DNA of 64,000 nucleotides from the human T2T-CHM13v2.0 reference genome, Homo sapiens (GCA_009914755.4 CP086569.2:13760001-13824000); one strand, 5' to 3'. Counted from the first letter of the stretch, positions 29,479 through 43,500 are shown. A program made the numbers and translations. Notes: a model not told the origin generated them from the sequence alone.

Positions 29479-29773
29479 TGCTGGGCACAGTGGCTTATGC
29501 CTGTAATCCCAGCAATTTGGGAGGCTGAGGCTGGCGGATCACAAGGTCAGGAGATCGAGACCATCCTGGCCAACATGGTGAAACCCCGTGCTATTAAAAA
29601 TACAAAATTTAGCTGGGTGTGGCGGCATGCACCTGTAATTCTAGCTGCTCAGGAGGCTGAAGCAGGAGAATCGCTTGAACCCAAGACGAGGAGATTGCAG
29701 TGAGCTGAGATTGAACCACTGTATTCCAGTCTGGGTGACAGAGTGAGATTCCATCTTAAAAAAAAAAAAAAAG
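29479..29773 (+). mobile_element. Alu (sense)
   Basis: gctgggcacagtggcttatgcctgtaatcccagcaatttgggaggctgaggctggcggatcacaaggtcaggagatcgagaccatcctggccaacatggtgaaaccccgtg... Confidence 0.9.
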
Positions 29774-30495
29774 GAAAAGATACAGTAAAAATATGGTATT
29801 ATAATATGATGTGGGATCCACTGTTGACCAAAATGTCATTATGCAGTGCATGACTATATCTCCTGGAAGTGGAATCATATATTTGCCTACACATGGAATA
29901 ATACACTGTGTCTTTGTGACTGGCTTATTTCACTTAGCATAATATCATCAAGGTTCATCTGTGCTATGGCATAGTGCAGAATTTCCCTCCTTTTTAAGGC
30001 TAAGTTAAGGCTGGTTCTATTGTGCATATACTATATTTTGCTATCTATTCATCAATAAACATTTGGATTGCTTCCACATTTTAGTTATTGTGAATAATGC
30101 TGCTGTGAACACTAGTGTATACAACTATTTCATCAAGATTCTGCTTTTAATTGTTTAAGTATATATCCAGAAGAGGAACTGCTGGAGCAAATTGTAATTT
30201 TATTTTTTTTTTTTTGAGGAATCACTATATTGTTTTCCATAATGGCTTTACCATTTTACCCAACAATGCACAAAATTTCAATTTCTCCACATTCTCACCA
30301 ACACTTATTTTCTGTTTTTATTTTATATTATAGTAGCTATTGTAATACATGTGAAGAAATAGCTCATTGTAGTTTTATTTCCATTTCATTAATAGTGATG
30401 CTGAGTACCTGTTTATGTGCCTATTGGCCATTTTTATATCTTTTTGAAGAAAGCTCTCTTCAAGCCCTTCATTCTGGGGGGTGCCTTATTTTAAT

Positions 30496-30786
30496 TTTTA
30501 TTTTTTTGGAGATTGGGTTTTGCTCTGTCGCTGAAGCTGGAGTGCAGTGGCATGATCATGGCTCACTGCAGCCTCAGACTCCTGGGCTCAGGTGATTCTC
30601 TTGACTCAGCCTCCCCAGTAGCTGTGACTATAGGCATGTGCCACCACATCCAGCTACTTTTTAAATTTTTTATAGGGATAGGGTCTCACTGTGTTACCGA
30701 GTCTGCTCTTGAACTCCTGAACTCAAGCAATCTCCAGCCTCGACCTCCCAAAGCACTGGGATTACAGGCATGAGACACCATTGCCT
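30496..30786 (-). mobile_element. Alu (AluJ-like, antisense) inside the L1 cluster
   Basis: ttttttggagattgggttttgctctgtcgctgaagctggagtgcagtggcatgatcatggctcactgcagcc...attacaggcatgagacaccattgcc. Confidence 0.85.
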
Positions 30787-31444
30787 GTGCCTATAGTGTC
30801 ATATCCAAGAAATCATTGCCACATCCAATGTCGTGAAGCTCTGCCCTATGTTTTCTTCTAAAAGTTTTATAGTTAGATCTTATGTTTAGATCTTTGATTC
30901 ATTTTAAGTTAATTTTTGCATGCAACATTTGTTAAGTTCCAACTTCACTTTTTTGCAGATTTCCAGTTTCTCCAGTGCTTTTTTGAAAATGCCGTTACTT
31001 CCCATTGAATAATGTTGTCAAAAATTATCTAACTATTTATGTGAAGGTTTATTTCTAGGCTTTCTATTCCATTGGCTCATATGTCTGTCTTATGCCAGTA
31101 CCATGTTGTTTTGATTACTAAAGCTTTGTAGAAAGTTTTGAAATCAGGAAGTGTGAGTCCTTCAGTTTTGTTCTTTTTCCGGATTGTGTTGGCTACTATT
31201 CAGCATCCCTTGCATTTTATATGAATTTTAATATTAGTTTTTCCATATTTACAAAAGAAAGTTATTGAGATTTTTATACGGATCACACTGAATCTGTAGA
31301 TCTTTGGGTAGTATTAACACCTTCATAGAACTAAGTCTTACAATTTATGAATGTAAGATATGTTCCCATTTATTTATGTCTGCTTTAACTTCTTTCATCA
31401 ATGTTTCATAGTTTTCCCCGAATAAGTCCTTCATCTTCTTGGTT

Positions 31445-31610
31445 GAGTTACTACCTAAATAAAATACTTAAATATTTTAAATATGTAAGTAATTAGTATA
31501 TAAAATACCTAAGTATTTTAAATACCTAAGTAGTTAGTATATAAAATACCTAAGTAGTTAGTATTAAATATTAAAATACCTAAATATCTTAAATACCTAA
31601 GTATTTTATT
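31445..31610. repeat. AT-rich tandem repeat, unit about 23 bp (aaatacctaagtagttagtatat-like), roughly 6-7 copies
   Basis: The copies are visible directly as ...taaaatacctaagtattttaaatacctaagtagttagtatataaaatacctaagtagttagtattaaatattaaaatacctaaatatcttaaatacctaagtatttt... Confidence 0.8.
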
Positions 31611-31920
31611 TAGCTATTAAAATTAATGAAATAAAATAGTATTTTATTTTATTCTAATGTTTGTGGACTTGTTTTTGTAATTTTCTTTTCAAATTATTCA
31701 TTGTTACTATATAGAAATCCAACTAATTTTTTGTATGAACTTAGTGTGTGTTGCTTTGCTGAATTTAATTATTAGCTCTAACAGTGCTTTTGTGGAGTCA
31801 TTAGGTCTTTTTTTACGTATAAGATACCATCTGGAAAATAGAGATCATTTTACTTTTTTCTCCCAAATTGGATGCCTTATTATTTATTTCTTTATTTTTA
31901 TTTATTTAATTAACTTTTGG

Positions 31921-32175
<255 letters not shown>

Positions 32176-34849
32176 TGAACTAACTGCTGTAACTAAGTGC
32201 CTTAAGAGGGCATCCTTGCCTCGATTCACGTATTAGAGGAAACACTTTCACTCCTTCACCATTGAATATTATGTTTGCTGTGTGTTTTTCATATAGGGCT
32301 TTTATTATGTTGAGGTAGTTTTCTTCTCTTCCTCAGTGGTTGAATGTTTTTATCATGAAAGGGAAATGAATTCTTTACAATGCTTTTTTGTGCATCCATT
32401 GAAATGATCATGGATTTCCCCACCTTGTTCTGTTAATCTAGTGAAATACCTTAAACTCCTTTTATCTTTGCAACTTTCATTTTAGGTTCAAGGGGGTACA
32501 TGTGGATGTTTGTTGCATGGGTAAATTGCCTGTTGTTGGGGTTCGCTGTATACATTATTTTGTCACTCAATTAATAGGCATAGTAGCTGATAGGTAGTTT
32601 CTTGATCCTGACTCTCCACTCACCTTCCACCCCCAAGTAGGTCTTGGTGTCTGTTGTTACCTCCTTTGTATCCCTGTGTACTCAATGTTTAGCTCTCACT
32701 TGTAAGTGAGAACTTGTGGCTTCTTGCTTTCTGTTTTTGCATTAATTCACTTAAGATTATGTCTGCCAGCTCCATCCATTTGCTGCAAAAAACACAACTT
32801 CAGTCTTTTTGACAGCTGCATAGTATTCTATGCTGTAAATGTATCATATTTTCTTTATCCAATTCACTGTGGATGGGCACCTAGGTTGATTCCATGTCTT
32901 TGCCACTGTGAATAGTGCTGTGATGAACATACATGTGCATGTGTCTTTTTGGTAGAATGATTTATTTTCACTGGGATATATACCAGTAATGGGATTGCTA
33001 CCCTAGTTTTCACGTGTTGAAACATCCTGGCATTCTAAAAATGAATCCCTTTTGGTTATGGGTACAGTGTATAACCCTTTTGAAATGCTGATTTTGATTT
33101 GCTGGTATTCTATTGAGGATTTTTGCATTAATGTTTATAAGATATTAATGTGTAGTTTTCCTTTCTGGTAGTGTCCTTATAATCTGGTTTTGATATCAGG
33201 GTAGTGTCGACCTCATAGAATGAACTAGAAAGTTTCTTTCCCTTCAGTTTTTGGAAAAAGCTTGAAACACATTGGTATTATTCTTTCAGTGTTTCCTAGG
33301 ATTTGTGCAGGAAGCCATCGGGTCTGGAGTTTTTCTTTGTCAAAATATTTTTGATTACTGATTTGATCTTCTTACCTCATTATAGATCTATCCAGACTTT
33401 CTATTTCTTTGTGGCTTAGTTTTGGGAAATTTTGTTTCTAGAAATTTTTTATTTGATTTAGGTTATCCAATTTGTTGGCAAAGGTTGTTTATAATACTCA
33501 CATAATCATTTCAATTTCCGTAAAATCAGTATTAAAGTCCTTATTTTGATTTCTAATTTTAGGCATTTGGGACTTTTCTCTTGTTTACTTAGTCTTATTA
33601 TCTAAAGATTTGTCCATTTCTTTCATCTTTTCAGAGAACCAGCTTTTTGTTTCCTTGATTTTCCTCTATTGTTGGGTAGAGTATTCTGCATGTCTTTTGG
33701 ATCTACTTGTTTATTGTGTTGTTCTCTATTTTCTTATTTATCTTTTCTCTGGTTCTATAACTTATTGAGAGTGTAGTATTAAAGTCTCCAACTATTATTG
33801 CAGAATTATCTATTTCTCCTTCAATTTTCTGTTTCTGCCTCATGTATTTTGAAGATATGTCATTAGGTAAAAAAATATTTATTAACATTTATAATTGTTA
33901 TGTCTTCTTCCTCTATGGAGTCTTTCCTTAAAATATGATGTCCTTCTTTATCTTTTATAGCCTTTTTTATTTAAAATCTGTTTTGTCTGATATTAGTACA
34001 TTGCTTTGTGGTCTAACTGCATCTCTGCTCTTACTTGATCACTTATTTCTTTTTTTCTCCTCAGACTTCTCAGGGATGAAGGTTACTATTCCTTGGAACA
34101 TTTTTTTCTTCCTATTAATATATTTCAATCTACGTGTGTTTTTGGATCTAAAGTGAGTTTCTGTAGATAGCACCTGGTTAACCATATTTTTTGTCCATTC
34201 AGCAATCTCTCCCTTTTAATTGGAGAGTTTAATCTGTTTATGTTTAAAGTAATTACTAATAAGAAAGACTTACCTCTGTCATTTTGCTACTTGTTTCACA
34301 TATGCATTATAGCTTTTTTTGGCCCTAATTTTCTACATTAGTGTTTATTTTTATGATGTTATTTTTTATAATAAAATGTTTAAATTCCATTCTAATTTGT
34401 TCTTGTACATATTCCTTAACTATTTTCTTTGTGGTTAACATCCTAAAGTATGGTAACATTCCAAAGTTATAATACTCATTTAAATTTATACCAGCTTCAC
34501 ATGAAAAACATACAAAAACTGCCTCTTTATAATGTGTCCCACCCATTTTCATTGATGTCATAAAACCACATCTTTATATACTTTGTGCCTCAAAATGTAA
34601 ACCTAACAATTTTTAAAAATTTATTAGTGTCTTAAATTATGTAGAAAACAAAACGTAAACTTACTAGCAAAAGTTACAAAAATACTAGCACTTATTCTTA
34701 CAATTGCTTTTTAAAAAATGTAAAATATAAATTAAAAATGGAGTTACATATGGTTGTTGCAATAATACTAGCTGTTATAATTAGACATGTATTTACCTTT
34801 AATGAGCTCTTTACTTCTTCATAAGGCTTCAAGTTGTTGTCTAGCATCC

Positions 34850-35137
34850 TTTCTTTTTACTCTGCCTGACTCCCATGTCACCCAGACTGTTGTGCAGTGG
34901 CACAATCATGTCTCATGGCAACCTTGACCTCCCAGGCTCAAGTAATCCTCCCACTTCAGCATCCTGAGTAGCTGGGACTACAGGGGCATGCCACCATGCC
35001 TGGCTAATTTTTTTCTATTTTGTAGAAACAGGATTTCACTGCATTGCCAGGGCTAGTCTCAAACCCCTGGACTCAAATGATCCACCTGCCTCATATTCCC
35101 AAAGTGCCAGCACTACAGGTGTGAGCCACAATGCCCA
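34850..35137 (-). mobile_element. Alu (AluJ-like, antisense)
   Basis: tgtcacccagactgttgtgcagtggcacaatcatgtctcatggcaaccttgacctcccaggctcaagtaatcctcccac...acaggtgtgagccacaatgcccaa. Confidence 0.85.
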
Positions 35138-36114
35138 ATCTCCTTCTCACTTTTAGAGGACAGTTTTCCAAACAAGGGCTTCTTGGTTGACATTGTCTTT
35201 CTTTTAGCACTTTGAATATTTAAATCCACTGCCTTCTCGCCTCCAAAATTTCTGATCAGAAATCTGCTAATAATCTTACTGAAGATCACTTCTGCGTGAT
35301 GAATCACTTCTCTCTTGCTGCCTCCAAGGTTCTTTTTTTTGTCTTTGAGTTTCAAATTTGATTGTAATGTGTTTTGGTGAAGTTTTCTTTAAATTAATCT
35401 TTTTTGAAATGTTTGAGTTCCTTGGATATTTATACTCGTGTTTCTCATGAAATTTAGGAAGTTTTCAATCATTATTTCTTCAAGTATTCATTCAGTTTCC
35501 TTTTCTATCCCTTCTTTTTTTGGACACTCTCACAATATTTATGTTTTTATGCTTGATTTGCATCCCTTAGGCCCTGTTCACTTTTCTTAACTCTTTTGTC
35601 TTTACTACAATAAAATATTGGAAAAAACTAACAGCAAGAAATTGAATTATCATTATAACAGACACTTGAGGCTTGTAACTTGATAATGCTTTTTTGTCTC
35701 CCACCAAATGAGTAACCCATTTCCCATTTTGTCAGTTCTGTGTGACATGCTTGCTCATATTCTCATCCTTCTTCTACCTATTGCATTTTCACCTGAGATA
35801 TCAAGCTAAGTCCTAGCCTTAGCTTCTCTCTGCCCTAATTAACCCTGTATACAACACTGACAGATAATCTAAATGCAGCATTTCCTCCTGTCAGTCCTTT
35901 GCTCAGAATTCTTCACATACTTCTCACTGCTTACAATATTAAGTTCTTACACACTATACTACATTGTAAGCATGAGCCGAACATTCCAAGTTTTGTTTTC
36001 CACTAGTTTTTTAGACATTCTTCCAAGTAAAACATTGAAAGTGTCTTCATTAGGTCAAGGGTTCAATGTCTTGTCTACCACATTATATTTCCAGCCCCTA
36101 GGAATGTGTTGTGG

Positions 36115-36310
36115 ATTCTCCATTTCCTTCTTTCTTTCCTTCCTTCCTCCCTCCCTCCTTCCCTTCCTTCCCTCCCTCCCTCTCTTTCTCCCTGTCTCCT
36201 TCCCTTTTTTCCCTCATTCCCTCCCTTTCTTTCTCCCTCCTTTCTTCCCTTCCTTCCTTCCTTCTTTCCTTTTTCTCTCCTTTCTTTCTTTCTGTCTCTC
36301 TTTCTCTCTT
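36115..36310. repeat. (TTCC)n/(CTTCC)n-type CT-rich microsatellite, a second copy of the motif class seen at 18.2 kb
   Basis: ttctttccttccttcctccctccctccttcccttccttccctccctccc... It underlies the four overlapping spurious ORFs at 35873-36367. Confidence 0.95.
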
Positions 36311-36311
36311 C

Positions 36312-36590
36312 CTTTTGACACAGTCCTGCTGTGTTGCCAAGGCTGGAGTGCAGTAATGGAATCATAGTTCATTGTAGCCTCAAATTCCTGAGCTTAAGGG
36401 ATGCTGCAGTCTCAGCCTCCTGAGTAGCTGAGACTTCAGGTGTGTGTCAACAAGCCCTGCTAATTTTCTTTTGTTTTTCTTTTAAGAAATGGAACTTGCT
36501 ACGTTGATCTAAAACTTCTGGCCTTAAGCAATCCTTTCACCTCAGTCTTCTGAGTTGCTGGGCTTACAGGTCAGAGCCACAGGACCCAGG
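36312..36590 (-). mobile_element. Alu (old, antisense, degenerate)
   Basis: gacacagtcctgctgtgttgccaaggctggagtgcagtaatggaatcatagttcattgtagcctc...ttacaggtcagagccacaggacccagg. Confidence 0.75.
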
Positions 36591-36611
36591 TGTGTTGTGG
36601 ATTTTTAATGA

Positions 36612-36963
<352 letters not shown>

Positions 36964-37680
36964 CTGGCCATTGTTTTCAAAACTAACTGTTTCCAAAATG
37001 CCTTCACCATTCTTGTCAAATTTCTGCACATCTCAGTGTCTTCTCCTTCCTCTCCACTGCCACCATTTTAAAACTAATCTTTCTCATTCTCCTTGATAAC
37101 CTGAATCCTTCTGGTGTTTTTAGGTTTGACTAAAATCTTAACAACTGTAAAGACTTTTCTAGCTTCCCAGTGAATTGATATATCCTCCTCCTTTGAAAAG
37201 CTGTAATTTCTACTATACATTTCTTACATTTACAAAGGTAAATAAGATGCAGGTTTCACTATAAAACTGTTTGCAGTCTAGATGACATTTACCACATATA
37301 TCCTCATATTATTTTAAGTATTATTTTTGCTTATACATCTTGTTTTTTCAGTTTTATGATGGAAAAGCAATTTTTAAACTTATTGGTTTCTCCTCTACCA
37401 TAATGTTTATAAAAATCTTTTTGTTGCTTGCAACAGTAATCTGAATTAATTTTCTACCACAAAGATAAACAAATTTCTCATTATGTCATGAAATAGTTCT
37501 CATTATCTTTATTGTATAAAGGGGAAAGCTGAAGAAGGAATGGTGCAATAAATTGTTGCAGACTATTAGTGAATCATTGATGCTTTTCTTCATACAAATG
37601 TACTTTATTTTTAATTTTACTTAAAATGTAGATTGGTTTGGAAATAAAGATAGATATAATTTTTTTTTCTTTTTTTAAAT

Positions 37681-38000
37681 TATATTTTAAGTTCTGGGAT
37701 ACATGTGCAGAACACACAGGTTTGTTACACAGGTATACATGTGCTATGGTCTTTTGCTGCACCCATCAACCTGTCATCTACATTAGGTATTTCTCCTAAT
37801 GCTCTCCCTCCCCTGCCCCCACACTCTGACAGTCCCCAGTGTGGGATGTTCCCCTCTATGGGTCCATGTGTTCTCATTGTTCAAATCCCACTTATGAGTG
37901 AGAACATGCAGTGTTTGGTTTCATGTTTCTGTGTTAGTTTGCTGAGAATGATGATTTCCAGCTTCATACATGAAAGACAGACATAATTTTATGGTGCCAT
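37681..38000 (-). mobile_element. L1 (L1PA/L1PB-like) extreme 3' end fragment, antisense
   Basis: aagttctgggatacatgtgcagaacacacaggtttgttacacaggtatacatgtgc...cccacttatgagtgagaacatgcagtgtttggtt...tgttagtttgctgagaatgatgatttccagcttcatacatg. Confidence 0.85.
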
Positions 38001-38410
38001 GTTTACATATCACTCTTAGGTGCTGTGATAAAATTATGTCTTATTATTACTTACATTCAAATTTTATCAAAATTACTAAAAAGTTACATTTTTTAAACAC
38101 TTCTTGTTGTATTATAGATTAAGTTGTGTGAAAAAATTGATTTGAAATATTTTAAGAAAGGAGTACCAATTTGTGAATGGCAATATTTTCCCTTTTCTAA
38201 AGCAATTATTACAAGAAACAAAGCTCTGCTTACTTTTTCTATTTATAGCATAAAGTAACACATAAGTAAACATTATTTAAATTAAGGTTTATAGAAACAA
38301 ACTTTCATTTAGTCTGCAAGTATTACAATCTGTCCAACCTAATACAGAAGAGAATGCAAATGAATGGACTGTTAATTATATTGAACCAACAAGTTGGGTG
38401 AAAGTTATTA

Positions 38411-38658
38411 TTTTTTTTTTTTTTGAGACGGAGTCTCGCTCTGTCGCCCAGGCTGGAATAGGGTAGCGCGATCTCGGCTCACTGCAAACTCCGTCTCCCG
38501 GGTTCACGCCATTCTCCTGCCTCAGCCTCCGGAGTAGCTGGGACCACAGGCGCCTGCCACCGCGCCCGGCTAATTTTTTTGTATTTTTAGTAGAGATGGG
38601 GTTTCACCGTGGTCTCATCTCCTGATCTCGTGATCCGCCCGCCTCGGCCTCCCAAAGT
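38411..38658 (-). mobile_element. AluY-like (antisense), CpG-rich and young, truncated at the element's 5' end
   Basis: ttttgagacggagtctcgctctgtcgcccaggctgg...cgcgatctcggctcactgcaa...ccgggttcacgccattctcctgcctcagcctccggagtagctgggaccacaggcgcctgccaccgcgcccggctaa... Most CpGs are intact. Confidence 0.85.
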
Positions 38659-39339
38659 AAAAATAGTTTCCGCTCTCAGTCAATATGTAACTGGCAGAAA
38701 CAGTTGTGTACTATTACACATAATTTGAGACAGGTTAGCCTGTGCGCTATAAAGGACATATAAAATGGATTTCAAGAATTTATTGTTTCACCTCCAGCAT
38801 GTAAAAAGCTTGGAAGTTGTCACTCCATCCTTTCAACAAGGAAAACGCCCCCAAAACCTGAAAATAAATGACTGTTCTCAATTTAGAAAACTAAGGTTGC
38901 AGGGCCAACTGTGATCCTAAAATCTGGAGCAATAGGCAAATGCAGGAAAATGTGACTGAGTTTAGTTTACTTCAAGCAGAAGCTACTGGAGCTATAAAAT
39001 TGTAGAAACAATTAAATAAAAATTTTAATGAATTTTTGGAGAGTATGTCTAGACTAGCTTAAGAGTGGGAAACCTCCTGGAACTGTTGTCTTACAGTGAA
39101 TGGGGTGGGGGAAAGTGGCTTTAATTTCATGGATTTTGGCCACAGAAATCCCATCAACTTTTAAAATTTAATAGCCCAGAAAAATGACCTCTTGATTTTG
39201 TCAAGAAAAATGGAAAAATACCCAGTACATTTTCCATCACAGAGATCTACTGTCTTGTGAAAAAACTAACAGAAACTTATTCTACTTAGGCAGAGGGCAA
39301 TTACCAAAATCCAGTAGCCTTTAGTTTTCCTGTTTGGGT

Positions 39340-39636
39340 TTTTGAGTCATGGAATTTCTCTGTCACCCAGGCTGGAGTGCAGTGATGTGATCATATAACT
39401 CACTGCAGCCTTGACCTCCTGGTTTCAAGTGACCTTCCTGCCTTAGCCTCCTGAGTAGCTGGGACTACAGGTGCATGACATCATGACTGGTTAGTGGTTT
39501 TATTTGTTTTGTTTTTGTTTTTTTGTTTTTACTTTTTTTTTTCCTGAGAGACAGGGTCTGCTAGGAAGGCTAGTCTCAAAACTCCTCAGCTTCCCAAAGT
39601 GACAGGGATTACAGGCCTGAGCCACCATGCTGAATC
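39340..39636 (-). mobile_element. Alu (AluJ-like, antisense)
   Basis: tctctgtcacccaggctggagtgcagtgatgtgatcatataactcactgcagccttgacctcc...attacaggcctgagccaccatgctgaatc. Confidence 0.85.
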
Positions 39637-39852
39637 ATCCTTTAGCTGTTCTGTTTTATCTAAAGATGGAGAAAGAAAGAAAAGGAAAAATCAGCACTTG
39701 TATCCTCTAATTAAGAAGGAGCTACTGGGGAAATGCAAATATAAAAGGGCATAGAAAAACAGGATGCCAGAGGAAGCTCCTGATACCTAGAGCTACAGTA
39801 AACATTAAACATAGCCCAATCCTTACCCAGTTTAACATAAAACCTTACACTT

Positions 39853-40387
39853 GGCCCAGGTTTGGGCCTCAGTACTTTTAGAGGCTGAGTGAGGCAGATT
39901 GCTTGAGGCCAAGAGTTTGAGACCAGCCTGGCCAACATGCCGAAATCCCATCTCTACTAAAAATACAAAAAATTAGCCAGGCATGGTGGCGTGCACCTGT
40001 AGTCCCAGCTACTTGGGAGGCTAAGGCAGGAGAATAGCTTGATCTTAACACTTTGATCATGGATCAGAGTGCTGCAATGAACCGAGATTGTGCTGTTGGA
40101 CTCCAGCCTGGGCGATGGCAAGACTCCGTCTCAAAAAAAAAAAAATTCTTGTCTTTAAGTACATTGACTATGGATCTACCAAGATACCTCTCCATTTTAA
40201 GGTCCTTAATCTAATCACACACGCAAAATTCTTTTAACACTGTAAGGTTAAACTCTCCCAGCTACCTGAGAGACTGAGGAGGGAAACTGCTTGAACCTGG
40301 GAGGTGGAGGTGGCAGTGAGCTAAGGTTGCATGACTGCACTCCAGCCTGGGCAACAGATCAAGACTCTGTCTCAAAAACAAAACCAA
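39853..40387 (+). mobile_element. Composite retro-inserted unit (Alu, then about 105 bp of non-Alu sequence, then an Alu right half, then an A-rich tail) flanked by 16-bp target-site duplications ATAAAACCTTACACTT (39837-39852 and 40388-40403)
   Basis: The two duplications are exact. The internal Alu and the non-Alu flank are paralogous to 20086-20482 and share the same atypical Alu 3' segment. The unit ends ctgtctcaaaaacaaaaccaaata, which is A-rich. Confidence 0.8.
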
Positions 40388-40599
40388 ATAAAACCTTACA
40401 CTTAAATGTCTAATTAACTCAGAACTTATCATCACATATAACATGTTTGGCTTTCAACCAAAAATTACAAAGCATGACAAGAAGCAAGAAAATACAGTCT
40501 GAGGAGACCAAGTAAGCATTAAAACTAGACTTAGATAAAACTCAAGATTTTTGGAACTATGAGACCTGGAATTTAAAATAAGAGTAATTAATATGTTAC

Positions 40600-43500
40600 G
40601 AGACAGAACCTTCCCTTCATTAGGGGGCCTGGCCCAGGCACAACTATTATATGTTTTTTTTCCATGATCCCTCCATCTGCGGGACCTGGGGACCATACCA
40701 TTCATGCAAAATTAAGTAATTAAAGGGGAAGAGCCATAGGTGACTAGGATGTTGTACAGATAACAGTAACTATTCCTGTTGACTAACTCTTCCAAATCCA
40801 TGAGTGAAGGTCATGCGTGCATCCATGGGTGGCACCTGTAATGGTCGCCAGGACCCAGAGGCTGGGTGGAAAGGGGTGAAGGGGGATGCCATTTTGGCCT
40901 TTTCTCTCCACCCTGGGTCACTCCAAAAAGAAGGAAACTAATGAATGCCTTCTCCTTCTCTTTTCTAAATGTGTAACAAATCCTCTTCAGCCTGCACTCC
41001 TCTCACATGCATCCTGAGACACTGGGACTCCTTTGACTCTCACACCCTGAAGAAAAAGTAACTCATATTCTTTGTATAAGGGCATCGCCTTCTTACCAGT
41101 GCCAGGGTGGAATAGCCCAGCCTCTTTAGGGAAGTGTTAATTTTAATACTATCCAACAATTAGACCTGCTGTTTACCCACGCATTTTAAATTATGCCTGA
41201 AAGTCCCACTCCTTTGCTAGGCAGGGATATTTTTGTTTCTATGGGAGCCACCATCCTAATGGCTCCAGAATAAACTCTTTGCCTTCCCTTAATGGAAACC
41301 AATATTAACCCAGATGTATGGGCAATTCAGGGAAAGGCTGGCCAGGCTACAACAGTTATACCAGTCCAGATTCACCTTAAGGATCCCACTTCTTTTCCTA
41401 TCCAGAAGTAATGTCCCTAAAGCCAGAAGCTAGAAAATTGCTGGAAGCCATCACTGATCATCTAAAAGTGCAAGGCCTCCTTATGCCCTGCAGCAGCCCT
41501 TGTGACACCCCAATGTGAGGGGTATAGAAAACCACACTGGGAATGGAGGCTTGTTCAGGACCTCTGTCTCATTAACCAATTCATCCAGTGGTTCATAATC
41601 CTTATACATTGCTAATTCAAATTCCTGAGGGAACAAAATTTTTCACAGTACTAAACTTGAAAGATGCCTTTTTCTGCATACCATTGTACCCTGACTCCCA
41701 ATACTTGTTTGTCTTCAAGGACCACCCCTCACAGACCACCCAGTTAACCGTGATGTTGCTGCCTCAGAGATTCTGAGGCAGCCCTCACTTGTTTGATTGT
41801 GCACTGTCATGAGACATCTCTGAGTTCTCTCATTCTTAAGTTAAAATTTTACAATGTGCTGATGACATTCTCCTTTTGCCTCAACTGAGGGGGCTTCTCA
41901 GGAAGGCACTTCACCTCTTCTTAATTTTCCAGCTGACAGAGGGTATAAAGTTTCAAAATCTAAGGCCCAGCTTTGTCAAACCTCAGTGAAATACCTAGGC
42001 TTTGTCTAGTCAGAGGGAATAAGAATGTTGGGTGAAGACAGGATTAAGCCCATTCCTTCTTTCCCCCTTCCCAAAACTCTCAAACAGCTAAGGGGATTTT
42101 TGGGTAATACAGGCTTTTTCAGATTGTGGATACCTGGGTATGGCAAAAATAGCTCACCATTTATATCACCTTATAAAAAAAACTCAAGCAGTTAAACTCA
42201 TTCTTTGACCTGGGAACCTGAAGCCCAAAAAGCCTTTAACTATCTAAAGCAAGCTTTGCTTAAAGCACCTGTCCTATGTCTTCCCACAGGAAACACACTC
42301 AATCTTTATGTCTCAGAAAGAAAAAGACTAGCCTTGGAAGTTTTAACTCAGGCCTGAGGTCCAGCCCAGCAGCCAGTTGGTTACCAAGCAAGGAGCTTGA
42401 CCTGGTGGCTAAAGGATGGCCAGCCTGCCTCTGAGCAGTTGCTGTGGGCGCTTTGTGCCAGAAGCCATCAAGTTAACCATGGGGAATAATTTGACTGTTT
42501 ACACTCCACATAATATAGCAGGACTGATTATCTTTTAAAGAGAGTCTCTGACTAATAGACAAATTGCCTCCTCAAATATCAAGCTTTGCTGCTAGAAGGA
42601 TCTGCCGTCCAGTTAAATAACTGACCTTGCCTAAACCCTGCCACCTTCCTCCCAGAGGAAACTAAAGAACCTGAACATGATTGTAAACAGATAGTGGTGC
42701 ACACCTATGCAGTCAGAGAGAACCTCGGAGAAAGTCCCCTAGAAAACTCAGACTGGACTCTCTTTACAGACTGAAGTTCCTTTGCAGAACATGGCAGTGT
42801 ATGCAGTAGTCACCTAGGATGACATTGTTGAAAGCATGCGTCTCTCACCGAGCACCAGTTCTCAACTAGCTGAGCTAGTCACTCTCACAAAATACTTGAA
42901 TTAAGCCCTTAAGGAAAGTCAGTTAACATTTATACTGATTCTAAGTATGCTTTCCTGGGTCTTCATGCCCATGGTGCTATCTGGAAGAAAAAACACTTTC
43001 TCATGGCCAATGGATGTCCCAGTAAATACCTTAAGGAAATAGGTAGACTGTTATCTTCAGTTTTCTTTCCATGGGAAGTGACAGTTATACATTGCAGAGG
43101 ACACCAGAAGGGGATTGATGACATGGCCAAGGGACAAAGACTAGCAGATCAAGCAGCCAAATCAGTGGCAAAAAGACCAAGAGGTCTGACACACTTGACA
43201 CCCCTCTAATCTGGGATAGCTCCATAAGAAAAATAAGACCTCAGTATTCTCCTGCAAAGATAGAATGGGCCACCTTTCAAGGACACACTTTTTAGCCCTA
43301 AAAATACAAAAAATTAGCCAGGCGTGGTGGTGGGCACCTGTAGTCCCAGCTACTCGGGAGGCTGAGGCAGAGAATGGCGTGAACCCGGGAGGAGGCAGAG
43401 CTTGCAGTGAGCCGAGATTGCGCCACTGCACTCTAGCCTAGGTGACAGAGCCAGACTCCATCTTAAAAAAAAAAATCTCAATAGGCAGCTCCTCCCTCAA

